Shown here in pieces: positions 48,803 through 56,629 of a DNA stretch of 64,000 nt. Position 1 is the first letter of the stretch, and every line of letters starts with the position of its first letter. The position numbers and the translations under genes are program-made. A model generated the notes under the pieces. That model searched no databases. It was not told the origin of the DNA and was given only the letters and a program-made list of their open reading frames with translations. The stretch covers positions 2,835 through 66,834 of the forward strand of contig JAZAUD010000008.1 in the NCBI GenBank assembly GCA_036373775.1, read 5' to 3'. The stretch is from Oscillospiraceae bacterium. Its GTDB lineage: Bacteria; Bacillota; Clostridia; Oscillospirales; Ruminococcaceae.

Positions 48803-48831
48803 ATTCTACCATATCTCATGAAATTTGTCAA
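48803..48831 (-). promoter_or_regulatory. promoter of the seven-gene operon
   Basis: Minus strand reads TTGACA-17 nt-TAGAAT, about 35 nt upstream of the ATG at 48766. Confidence 0.6.
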
Positions 48832-48844
48832 GAATTGCACCATT

Positions 48845-49735
48845 TTATTCACAAATATTGTTTTTTTCGTGCAAAGAAAAATTGCTTGTTATCACCTGTT
48901 CCGGACATACCGCCCGACACTTCCCACAGCGAATGCATTCACTGCTATTCAATTCTTGGGGGACATTTAAAGCCATGGGGCAAACTTTTTCACAAGCATG
49001 ACAATGCGTACATTGCATGGCATTGACGTGCATCTGATGGAAGGAAAAGCGATGGAACAACGAATAAAATGCACCCAATGGGCAAACATACCGACAGAAA
49101 AAACGGCTGATTTTCATTGCCCCTATGATGACAACTACCAATAAGAATACCTTCCAATAAAATAGCGTTCCTACCAATTTTCGTAACTGTTCATTCACTG
49201 CTACATGAAATAAACCGCCTTCCATTGTTCCTGCTGGACAGATGTATTCACAGAACCATGGTTCACCTGTTCCATATTGGTCAGTAATCACCGCCGGAAA
49301 CAGTAGCACCAAAAACAATAATATCCCATATTTCAAGTATCTCAACGGCTTATCGATTTTTTTCGGAATGCTGATTTTCTTCACTGGAATTTTATCAAGC
49401 AAATCTTGAAACAAGCCAAACGGACACAGAAACCCACATATCAACCGCCCTAATAATACCCCAAATACCATTAAAGTCCCCAATGCATAAAATGAGATTT
49501 TATGCTTCTGTCCGCCTGCTACGGTCTGTAATGCGCCAATCGGACACGCTCCCAATGCGGAAGGACACGAGTAGCAATTCAAAACCGGCACACAAATTCC
49601 CTTGCTCTTTCCGGTGTAGATTTTCCCTTTCATGATTCCCATGAAATAGCCATTGAAAAAGACCGTTGCAATTATCTGCACCAAAAGCCGGAATTTCCCC
49701 TGCTTTTTTACCCGATTCCGATGCATTCCAGACAT
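48845..49735 (-). CDS. membrane-bound 4Fe-4S polyferredoxin (NapH/MauN-like)
   Basis: CYSCPSALGACPIG, CPFG, CPAG, CTHCHACEKVCPM, CIRCGKCRAVCPE, plus TM segments. Confidence 0.8.
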   Translation of the reverse strand: MSGMHRNRVKKQGKFRLLVQIIATVFFNGYFMGIMKGKIYTGKSKGICVPVLNCYSCPSALGACPIGALQTVAGGQKHKISFYALGTLMVFGVLLGRLICGFLCPFGLFQDLLDKIPVKKISIPKKIDKPLRYLKYGILLFLVLLFPAVITDQYGTGEPWFCEYICPAGTMEGGLFHVAVNEQLRKLVGTLFYWKVFLLVVVIIGAMKISRFFCRYVCPLGAFYSLFHRFSFHQMHVNAMQCTHCHACEKVCPMALNVPQELNSSECIRCGKCRAVCPEQVITSNFSLHEKNNICE

Positions 49736-49857
49736 ATCCTCACCGCCTTATTCAAGACTTCTACCAATTCCCCTCTCATGATTCCCAATATCATCAATGC
49801 CATTCCAGCCAATAATACAATCAGCCTTAAAAATATCAATTCTGTTTCTTTTTTCAT
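49708..49857 (-). CDS. 49-aa CXXC micro-protein (CD1871A-like), single TM
   Basis: Hand translation: MKKETELIFLRLIVLLAGMALMILGIMRGELVEVLNKAVRICLECIGIG*. GGAG RBS. The 3' end overlaps the polyferredoxin start. Not in ORF track. Confidence 0.6.
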   Translation of the reverse strand: MKKETELIFLRLIVLLAGMALMILGIMRGELVEVLNKAVRICLECIGIG

Positions 49858-49909
49858 CAAATCATCTCCAAATCTATTATACTATACTCCATTTCAAAAG
49901 TCAATCATG

Positions 49910-49946
49910 AAAAAACACAAACCCCCCTCTGCAATCGCAAAGGGGG
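49910..49946 (-). terminator. hsp20 terminator
   Basis: CCCCCTCTGC-AATC-GCAAAGGGGG hairpin followed on the minus strand by TTTGTGTTTTTT. Confidence 0.6.
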
Positions 49947-49999
49947 CTTGCATGAAAATATAAAAGGAGAGTTATAAAGACAATTAGATTGTAAAGAAC

Positions 50000-50428
50000 T
50001 TACTCAATTGGGATATACTTCTTTTCGGGAACAGTCGGTTCTTTTTTCGGAATCTCCAAAGTCAGAACACCATCCGCAAACTTCGCTTTAATATCGTTCT
50101 CGGTAACAGACTTGTCAACGTAGAAACTACGGCTATAAGTGCCGGAAAAACGCTCACGGCGGATATACTTTCCATTCTCATCCTGAACATCATTATTTTG
50201 TGCAGTTTCCGCACTGATAGTCAGGCAACCATCATTCAATTCCACTTTCAAATCCTCTTTCTTCACACCAGGAAGGTCAACTAACAGTTCATAGCTTGTT
50301 TCTGTCTCCTTGACATCGGTTTTCATCGGATGCATAGGCGGACGGTATGGGGCACGATTCTCTTCAAATGGACGGTCAAAAAAGTCATCAAAACCATTTC
50401 TTCTAAACATTTCAGGTACAAACAACAT
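50000..50428 (-). CDS. Hsp20/alpha-crystallin small heat-shock protein
   Basis: TDVKETETSYELLVDLPGVKKEDLKVEL..., GVLTLEIPK. Confidence 0.9.
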   Translation of the reverse strand: MLFVPEMFRRNGFDDFFDRPFEENRAPYRPPMHPMKTDVKETETSYELLVDLPGVKKEDLKVELNDGCLTISAETAQNNDVQDENGKYIRRERFSGTYSRSFYVDKSVTENDIKAKFADGVLTLEIPKKEPTVPEKKYIPIE

Positions 50429-50562
50429 AAGTCAAAACTCCTTCCAAAATTATTATCATTCATGGAACTGGGATTTTATTCATCACCTTTGAGGGGAGTT
50501 CCTTTTGGATGTTCCCTCTCTGGTACTCTTCCCTTGTTCTGACTCTATTATACCACTGAATT

Positions 50563-50589
50563 TTAGCACTGTCAAGGGGCGAGTGCTAA
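50563..50589. promoter_or_regulatory. CIRCE operator (HrcA binding site)
   Basis: TTAGCACTG-N9-GAGTGCTAA, against the consensus TTAGCACTC-N9-GAGTGCTAA. Lies 135 nt upstream of hsp20. Confidence 0.8.
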
Positions 50590-50644
50590 GTTTCAGGAAA
50601 GATTCACATTCTTTCATGAAGTTTTCACATTTTTCAAGTGATTG

Positions 50645-51406
50645 TCATTTTTTGCTAATTCCACACAAATCCTTGACAACTTCTCCTGCAATAATCAGCC
50701 CCACCACAGAGGGAACAAATGCCGTTGACCCCGGAATATCACGGCGGACGGTGCATTTTCTGGTATCTGGGGGACAAATGCAATGATGACGACAGGAAAT
50801 CGCCATATCTTCAATCGGTCGGATGGGTTGCTCTTCGGAATAGACCACTTTCAGCTTTTTAATGCCACGTTTCCGGCACTCATAGCGAATCACTTTCGCA
50901 AGGGGGCAGACCTTTGTATCATAAATATCAGCCACCCGAAATGCAGAGGCATCCAATTTATTTCCTGCACCCATAGAGCAAATAATCGGTGTGCCGGTTT
51001 CTTTTGCCCTCATGATAAGCTCTAATTTTCCGGTGACGGTATCAATCGCATCAATCACATAATCGTATTGTGTGAAATCGAACTGGTCGGCGGTATCCGG
51101 CATATAAAAGCACTTGTAAGTATTGACTTTTGTTTCGGGGCAAATGTCATGAATTCGATTTTCCGCAACATCTACCTTATATTTTCCAACAGTCGAACGG
51201 ACTGCAAAAATTTGTCGATTGAGATTAGTTAGGCATACACGGTCATCATCAATTAAATCTAATGTGCCAACTCCGCTTCTTGCCAAAGCTTCCACGGCAT
51301 AACCTCCAACACCACCAATTCCAAATACTGCCACTCTTGCATTAGCAAGGCGTTCCATACCGTCTTTCCCTAATAATAATTCCGTTCTTGAAAACTGATT
51401 CAACAT
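50645..51406 (-). CDS. tcdA: tRNA threonylcarbamoyladenosine dehydratase (ThiF/E1-like)
   Basis: FSRTELLLGKDGMERLANARVAVFGIGGVGGYAVEALARSGVG..NLNRQ. Confidence 0.8.
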   Translation of the reverse strand: MLNQFSRTELLLGKDGMERLANARVAVFGIGGVGGYAVEALARSGVGTLDLIDDDRVCLTNLNRQIFAVRSTVGKYKVDVAENRIHDICPETKVNTYKCFYMPDTADQFDFTQYDYVIDAIDTVTGKLELIMRAKETGTPIICSMGAGNKLDASAFRVADIYDTKVCPLAKVIRYECRKRGIKKLKVVYSEEQPIRPIEDMAISCRHHCICPPDTRKCTVRRDIPGSTAFVPSVVGLIIAGEVVKDLCGISKK

Positions 51407-52281
51407 GATGTTTCACTTCTCCCTTCTCCGGATTTTGTGCCATGGTTGGTGATACCTTCGTCAAAATCATCTAAGAAATGATGATATTCGTCACCCAAAT
51501 GATACGAAATAATCGTCTTCAAATTGACATTTTCCACACTGCGGAAAATATTCATATCCACAGCCGGATTGATTTTCCGGAGCTGTCTCAATAACATCTT
51601 GATTTCCTGACGTTTGGAATTTGCAATTTCGTTTTCACTTGTCCATTTTTCCGTCAAGAGACAGGCACATTGAATGAACTCCAAATGATTGTACTCTTTC
51701 CATTTGATAATATTTTCTTCCCTCACCAAGTACATGGGACGGATTAACTGCATCCCCTCAAAGTTTTCGCTGTGAATTTTCGGCATCATGGTTTGCACCT
51801 GTGAACCGTACAGCATCCCCATTAAAATGGTTTCAATGACATCATCAAAGTGATGACCCAAGGCAATTTTATTGCATCCCAATTCCTGCGCCATATGATA
51901 CAAATACCCCCTGCGCATTCTGGCGCAAAGATAACATGGATTCTGTTCAATTTTCTTGACAGCGGAAAAAATTTTCGTCTCAAATACATGAATCGGAATC
52001 CCCAATAATTCTGCATTCTCGATAATTTTCTGACGGTTTCGCTCATTGTATCCGGGGTTCATCACAATATATTCCACTTCAAAGGGGAATTTGCTGTAAC
52101 GCTGTAATCTTTGGAGACACAATGCCATTAACATGGAGTCTTTACCGCCGGAAATGCAAACAGCGATTTTGTCACCTTCCTGTATCAAATCATATTCTTT
52201 GATACCCTTTAAGAATTGATGCCAAATGGGACGGGCAAATTTTTTCACAATCGTTTCTTCAATTGGATTTGGTACAACCAT
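51400..52281 (-). CDS. PP-loop ATPase, TtcA-family tRNA thiolase-like
   Basis: CISGGKDS PP-loop, CYLCARMRRGYL, Cys pair near the C-terminus. Confidence 0.75.
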   Translation of the reverse strand: MVVPNPIEETIVKKFARPIWHQFLKGIKEYDLIQEGDKIAVCISGGKDSMLMALCLQRLQRYSKFPFEVEYIVMNPGYNERNRQKIIENAELLGIPIHVFETKIFSAVKKIEQNPCYLCARMRRGYLYHMAQELGCNKIALGHHFDDVIETILMGMLYGSQVQTMMPKIHSENFEGMQLIRPMYLVREENIIKWKEYNHLEFIQCACLLTEKWTSENEIANSKRQEIKMLLRQLRKINPAVDMNIFRSVENVNLKTIISYHLGDEYHHFLDDFDEGITNHGTKSGEGRSETSC

Positions 52282-52283
52282 AA

Positions 52284-53774
52284 TTATTTCCCCTCTTGGT
52301 TAAATTTGGGTTCACAAGTCAAATTGATACCTAAACGCTTGAAAATACGCTCATCCACTGCGGACAAAATCACCGTGGAATGCACTTCACAACCCCATAA
52401 TTTAGAAATTTGTTCCATTGCTTTTTTGGCATTTTCGTCAGTAGTGGCACAAATTGCCAATGCATACAGCGTTTCATCTGTGTGAATGCGTGGGTTGTTA
52501 TTGCCTAAATGCTGTACTTTCAAATTCTGGATAGGCTCAATGACGTGCGGGGACATCAATAATGTTTCATCCGGCAATCCTGCGAAATGTTTCAGGGCAT
52601 TCAGCAACAAGGCGGAACACGCCCCCAACAAATCAGAAGTGCGCCCTGTTAAGATTGTACCGTCTTGCAATTCCATTGCGGCAGCTGGTGCGCCTGTATC
52701 CTGTTCTTTCTGCAAGGCAGCAGCAACGACTTTTCTGTCATCTGTAGAAACTTTCGCCTGATTCATCAATAATTCCAACTTATAAACTTCATCTTCCGTA
52801 GATGTTCCCTTTTTTCGTCCACAAAGTGCGGTATAATAACGTCTGATAATTTCCTGCTTTGCATCCTCACAGACAATTTCATCATCAATGATACAATTTC
52901 CTGCCATATTAACCCCCATATCTGTAGGGGATTTATACGGCGATTCTCCGAGAATTTTTTCAAACATGGCATTCAGCACGGGGAAAATTTCAACGTCTCT
53001 GTTGTAATTGACTGTCGTCTTTCCGTAGGCTTCCAGATGGAAAGGGTCAATCATATTCACGTCATTCAGGTCAGAAGTCGCCGCTTCATAGGCAATATTG
53101 ACCGGATGTCTTAACGGTAAATTCCAGATGGGGAACGTCTCAAATTTTGCATAGCCGGCATTGATTCCCCTCTTGTGTTCGTGGTAAATCTGTGAAAGGC
53201 AAGTCGCCATTTTTCCGCTTCCGGGGCCGGGGGCTGTCACAACCACCAGACGGCGAGATGTTTCAATATAATCATTCTTGCCATAGCCCTTATCGCTCAT
53301 AATCAATTGCAGATTGGAAGGATAGCCCTTGATAGCGTAGTGATGGTATACCTTAACCCCCAATGCCTCTAAACGGCTCTGGAAAGCTTCTGCGGTGGGC
53401 TGGTTGTCGTAACGTGTCAGAACCACACTGGAAACATAAAGTCCAATTTTCGTGAATACATTGAAAAGGCGAATCACATCTACATCATAGGTAATTCCCA
53501 AATCACCACGGACTTTATTTTTTTCAATATCCGCCGCATTGATAACAATGACAATCTCTGCTTCATCCTTCAATTGCAATAACATCTGTAATTTGCTGTC
53601 AGGCTTAAACCCCGGAAGTACACGAGAAGCATGGAAATCATCAAATAATTTCCCACCAAATTCCAGATATAATTTATCACCGAAATGCGCTATTCTTTCA
53701 CGGATATGCGCAGACTGCATTTTCAAATATTTTTCATTATCGAATCCGATTTTTCCTGAACTCATAAACATCAA
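52284..53774 (-). CDS. DUF1846 (UPF0371) family protein
   Basis: GFDNEKYLKMQSAHIRERI..KLYLEFGGKLFDDFHASRVLPGF is characteristic of UPF0371. Confidence 0.75.
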   Translation of the reverse strand: MMFMSSGKIGFDNEKYLKMQSAHIRERIAHFGDKLYLEFGGKLFDDFHASRVLPGFKPDSKLQMLLQLKDEAEIVIVINAADIEKNKVRGDLGITYDVDVIRLFNVFTKIGLYVSSVVLTRYDNQPTAEAFQSRLEALGVKVYHHYAIKGYPSNLQLIMSDKGYGKNDYIETSRRLVVVTAPGPGSGKMATCLSQIYHEHKRGINAGYAKFETFPIWNLPLRHPVNIAYEAATSDLNDVNMIDPFHLEAYGKTTVNYNRDVEIFPVLNAMFEKILGESPYKSPTDMGVNMAGNCIIDDEIVCEDAKQEIIRRYYTALCGRKKGTSTEDEVYKLELLMNQAKVSTDDRKVVAAALQKEQDTGAPAAAMELQDGTILTGRTSDLLGACSALLLNALKHFAGLPDETLLMSPHVIEPIQNLKVQHLGNNNPRIHTDETLYALAICATTDENAKKAMEQISKLWGCEVHSTVILSAVDERIFKRLGINLTCEPKFNQEGK

Positions 53775-53894
53775 TTTCCTTTCATTTCCAAAATGTGACA
53801 GGGTTTCTTTACATTAACTATTTTATCATATCACAATCAGGGCAAAAAATCAAGGGGCTATGTAAAAAAAATCACTCAGCCCCTAAAAATTATT

Positions 53895-54722
53895 TCATGC
53901 GCCCAATCCCAAAATAACCGCCAAAATCCCTGCTCCGGAAAGTATCATAAAAATAAAATTTTTCTTCATCAATGCTTTTTCCGATAGCATCAATGACAGG
54001 GAGGTCAAAAAAACGCCAATCAATTGACATAATCCAATCCAACGGAAATGATGCACTCCCCTCCAAAGTGGGAACATGACAACACTCAACCATAAGGATT
54101 CCCCGAAAACAATCGCAAATTTTCCCCTTTTTCCTGTATTTTCTCCCAAAACAAGAAAAATTATCAGCAATACTAACATCAATGGTACAGAAAACATACA
54201 TTGTAAATAAGCATGGGACATATCACCATATTTCCCCAACATGGCAATTTCTAAAATAATGGAAGTCACTGACAGCATTGTTTCTGTATCCTCTAACTTA
54301 TCTCCCACAATAAAAAACAGTATCCATAGCGAATGATACAAAATCAGCCCAAAATCAATGATACTATGAAGCAGTGGATGCACTTCTTCCCACGTCATAT
54401 GCCATAATAATGACACTGCGGTCAAAATCACAGGTATCATTGTGAGAAAATCAAAAATTGTAACTGGATTATCGACTTTTATCGTTTTTTTCACTGGTGG
54501 AGGTAAATTTTCTTTTTTTTCCTCTTTTTTCTCTTGTTTTTCTTCCAATTTGACACTAAACGTAGATGGGATATATTGTCCATCATTGTCAATTCTTCGC
54601 CTTCTTGCATAGTATTCCTCACGACTGACAGGAAGAACACGAGGAATTTTTTTAGGTCTTTCTTCCTCTGAAGGCTTTTCCTCTGGAATATCGGGTAATT
54701 TCTCTTGATTCAATGGTATCAC
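53895..54722 (-). CDS. hypothetical membrane protein with K/E-rich N-terminus
   Basis: 275 aa, charged low-complexity N-terminus, then about 6 hydrophobic helices. Confidence 0.55.
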   Translation of the reverse strand: MIPLNQEKLPDIPEEKPSEEERPKKIPRVLPVSREEYYARRRRIDNDGQYIPSTFSVKLEEKQEKKEEKKENLPPPVKKTIKVDNPVTIFDFLTMIPVILTAVSLLWHMTWEEVHPLLHSIIDFGLILYHSLWILFFIVGDKLEDTETMLSVTSIILEIAMLGKYGDMSHAYLQCMFSVPLMLVLLIIFLVLGENTGKRGKFAIVFGESLWLSVVMFPLWRGVHHFRWIGLCQLIGVFLTSLSLMLSEKALMKKNFIFMILSGAGILAVILGLGA

Positions 54723-54941
54723 CTCATTAGATAAGCCTGTAAAAATATTGAATATATTCTATTATACCATAAATTGCCCAAAAAGTAAACATTTTTTTAA
54801 ACTTTCTTTCAAACAATAGCATAATCTCTACATTTTTTGGTTTTTTTCACTTAATAATTTCGTCAATATCCATATTGACTATAATAAGATAAAATAGTAT
54901 AATTTAGATATATATTTTATTTGAAGGAGTGGTATTGATTT

Positions 54942-56315
54942 ATGAAAAATAAGAAGAGTAGTTTTGGACGACGAAATTTAATTTTGGCTTTGATGCTTCT
55001 GGTCATTGCCAATGCAGTCATGGGTTTAGTGTTGTTGCATCAATCCAAAACCGCCGTGCAGACACAAATTGAGCAACGTATGCTTGATATTGCCAATACT
55101 GCTGCGGATATGCTAAATGGGGATGCACTGGAAACACTTTCCAAAGATGATGAAAATACTCCCGAATATCAAGAAGGTTTGAAAATGCTTAGTTATTTTC
55201 GTGATAATATCGAATTGGAGTATATTTATGCCATCAATCCCATGCCCGACGGAACTTTTACATTTTCGATTGACCCCACTACTGTAGACCCTGGGGAATT
55301 TGGTTCACCAATTGTAACGACTTCAGCATTGCAGACCGCTTCAACAGGTGTTTCGGCAGTCGATAAAACCCCTTATGAAGATGAATGGGGGACGTTTTAC
55401 TCTGCATATGCTCCGGTACTTGATTCTAAGGGGAATGTTGCTGTGATTGTAGCAGTTGACTTTGATGCTCATTGGTTTCATAATCAACTTTCTCACCAAA
55501 CTTTGACCATTGCAATTGTTACTGTGATTTCTTTGCTTTTTGGTATTGCGCTTGCCATGACCATTTCAAGGAGAATCGCCCGCAGTTATAGTGAACTGAA
55601 TCAAGAAATGAGCGAACTCAATGAGGATTTCAAGGAATTAGATAAGCTTATCACATTAAGTTCTATCCAAAAATTAGACCTGATTTCCGGAAAACAACAG
55701 CGTTCCACCTTACAATTGCTTGCATCTGGCGAAACTTATGGAACAAAAGGCGAAGAAGACCAAATTGCAGATATTGGAAGCGGATTGCAATCCATGCAAG
55801 AAAGTTTACGGCATTATATTTCCTATGTCAATTCACAAACCTATATTGACGAAATGACAGGCGTTGGAAATAAAATCGCTTACCAGAAAGCAATTAAAAT
55901 TATCAACGAAAGAATCCAAAATGATGCTGCTAATTTTGCAGTTGGATTTTTCGACATCAACGACTTAAAACCTGTCAACGTTCAATATGGATTTGAACAA
56001 GGTGACGACTTAATGTTCGCCACTGCAAGAATTTTGAAGTCTGTATTCCAGCAAAAAAATGTCTATCGTGTGGCAAGTGACGAATTTATTGTCATTATGG
56101 AAGAAATAACAGAAATTGGCATGAAAGACTTATTCAAGAAAATGGATGAGGAAATCCAAAAATATAATGACGAAAAAGGAAAACCGCCTGTTCTCACCAT
56201 TGCCAAAGGTATGAGCATCTACCAAAAAGACATGGAATCCTATAGAACTGTATTCATTGAAGCAGAAGCCAACATGAGAAAAGATAAAGAAATTTTCCAT
56301 CGAATGCATGGGTAA
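54942..56315 (+). CDS. membrane sensor protein with degenerate GGDEF domain (ASDEF)
   Basis: N-terminal TM + periplasmic Cache-like region + second TM. IDEMTGVGNK, FFDINDLKPVN..GFEQGD, RVASDEF in place of RxGGDEF. Confidence 0.75.
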   Translation: MKNKKSSFGRRNLILALMLLVIANAVMGLVLLHQSKTAVQTQIEQRMLDIANTAADMLNGDALETLSKDDENTPEYQEGLKMLSYFRDNIELEYIYAINPMPDGTFTFSIDPTTVDPGEFGSPIVTTSALQTASTGVSAVDKTPYEDEWGTFYSAYAPVLDSKGNVAVIVAVDFDAHWFHNQLSHQTLTIAIVTVISLLFGIALAMTISRRIARSYSELNQEMSELNEDFKELDKLITLSSIQKLDLISGKQQRSTLQLLASGETYGTKGEEDQIADIGSGLQSMQESLRHYISYVNSQTYIDEMTGVGNKIAYQKAIKIINERIQNDAANFAVGFFDINDLKPVNVQYGFEQGDDLMFATARILKSVFQQKNVYRVASDEFIVIMEEITEIGMKDLFKKMDEEIQKYNDEKGKPPVLTIAKGMSIYQKDMESYRTVFIEAEANMRKDKEIFHRMHG

Positions 56316-56319
56316 ACCC

Positions 56320-56348
56320 TTGACAAATTGAGAAAAGTATGCTATAAT
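56320..56348 (+). promoter_or_regulatory. promoter of the polyamine operon leader
   Basis: TTGACA-17 nt-TATAAT. Confidence 0.6.
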
Positions 56349-56569
56349 GTGGGTATTCTGTTAGAAATGCCAACAGAATTCTGACGACTGCTTTTCTTTT
56401 TGGGAAAAGCTCAGCCCATACGGACAGGCGGGTCGAAAGCCGAACGGCAACAATTTTACTGTTGCATTATTGATTGGGTTCAATTCCCGAAATTTTATAA
56501 GATGTTATCACTTGTAAACGGTCAATAATACCGGCAAACGTCCTGTATTTACTGAAAAAAACGATTTTG

Positions 56570-56608
56570 CAGACAGACCGCCGAAAGGTGTTCTGTCTGT
56601 TTATTTTT
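56570..56608 (+). terminator. leader terminator (attenuator) upstream of the decarboxylase gene
   Basis: CAGACAGACCGCC-GAAA-GGTGTTCTGTCTG followed by TTTATTTTT, 22 nt before the ATG at 56630. Confidence 0.6.
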
Positions 56609-56629
56609 ATATAGAATGGAACGATTGAC

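Noticed and set aside
38938-49857. Genomic island, prophage or ICE interpretation of the region holding the seven-gene operon
   Set aside because: No integrase, transposase, direct repeats or flanking tRNA were seen in the window, and I did not compute base composition. Mobility cannot be supported from this sequence alone.
56349-56629. T-box or other known riboswitch identity for the speA leader
   Set aside because: By eye I could find no T-box sequence, specifier-loop context, or hallmark motifs of the lysine, SAM or guanidine classes. It is left as an unclassified leader, not named.
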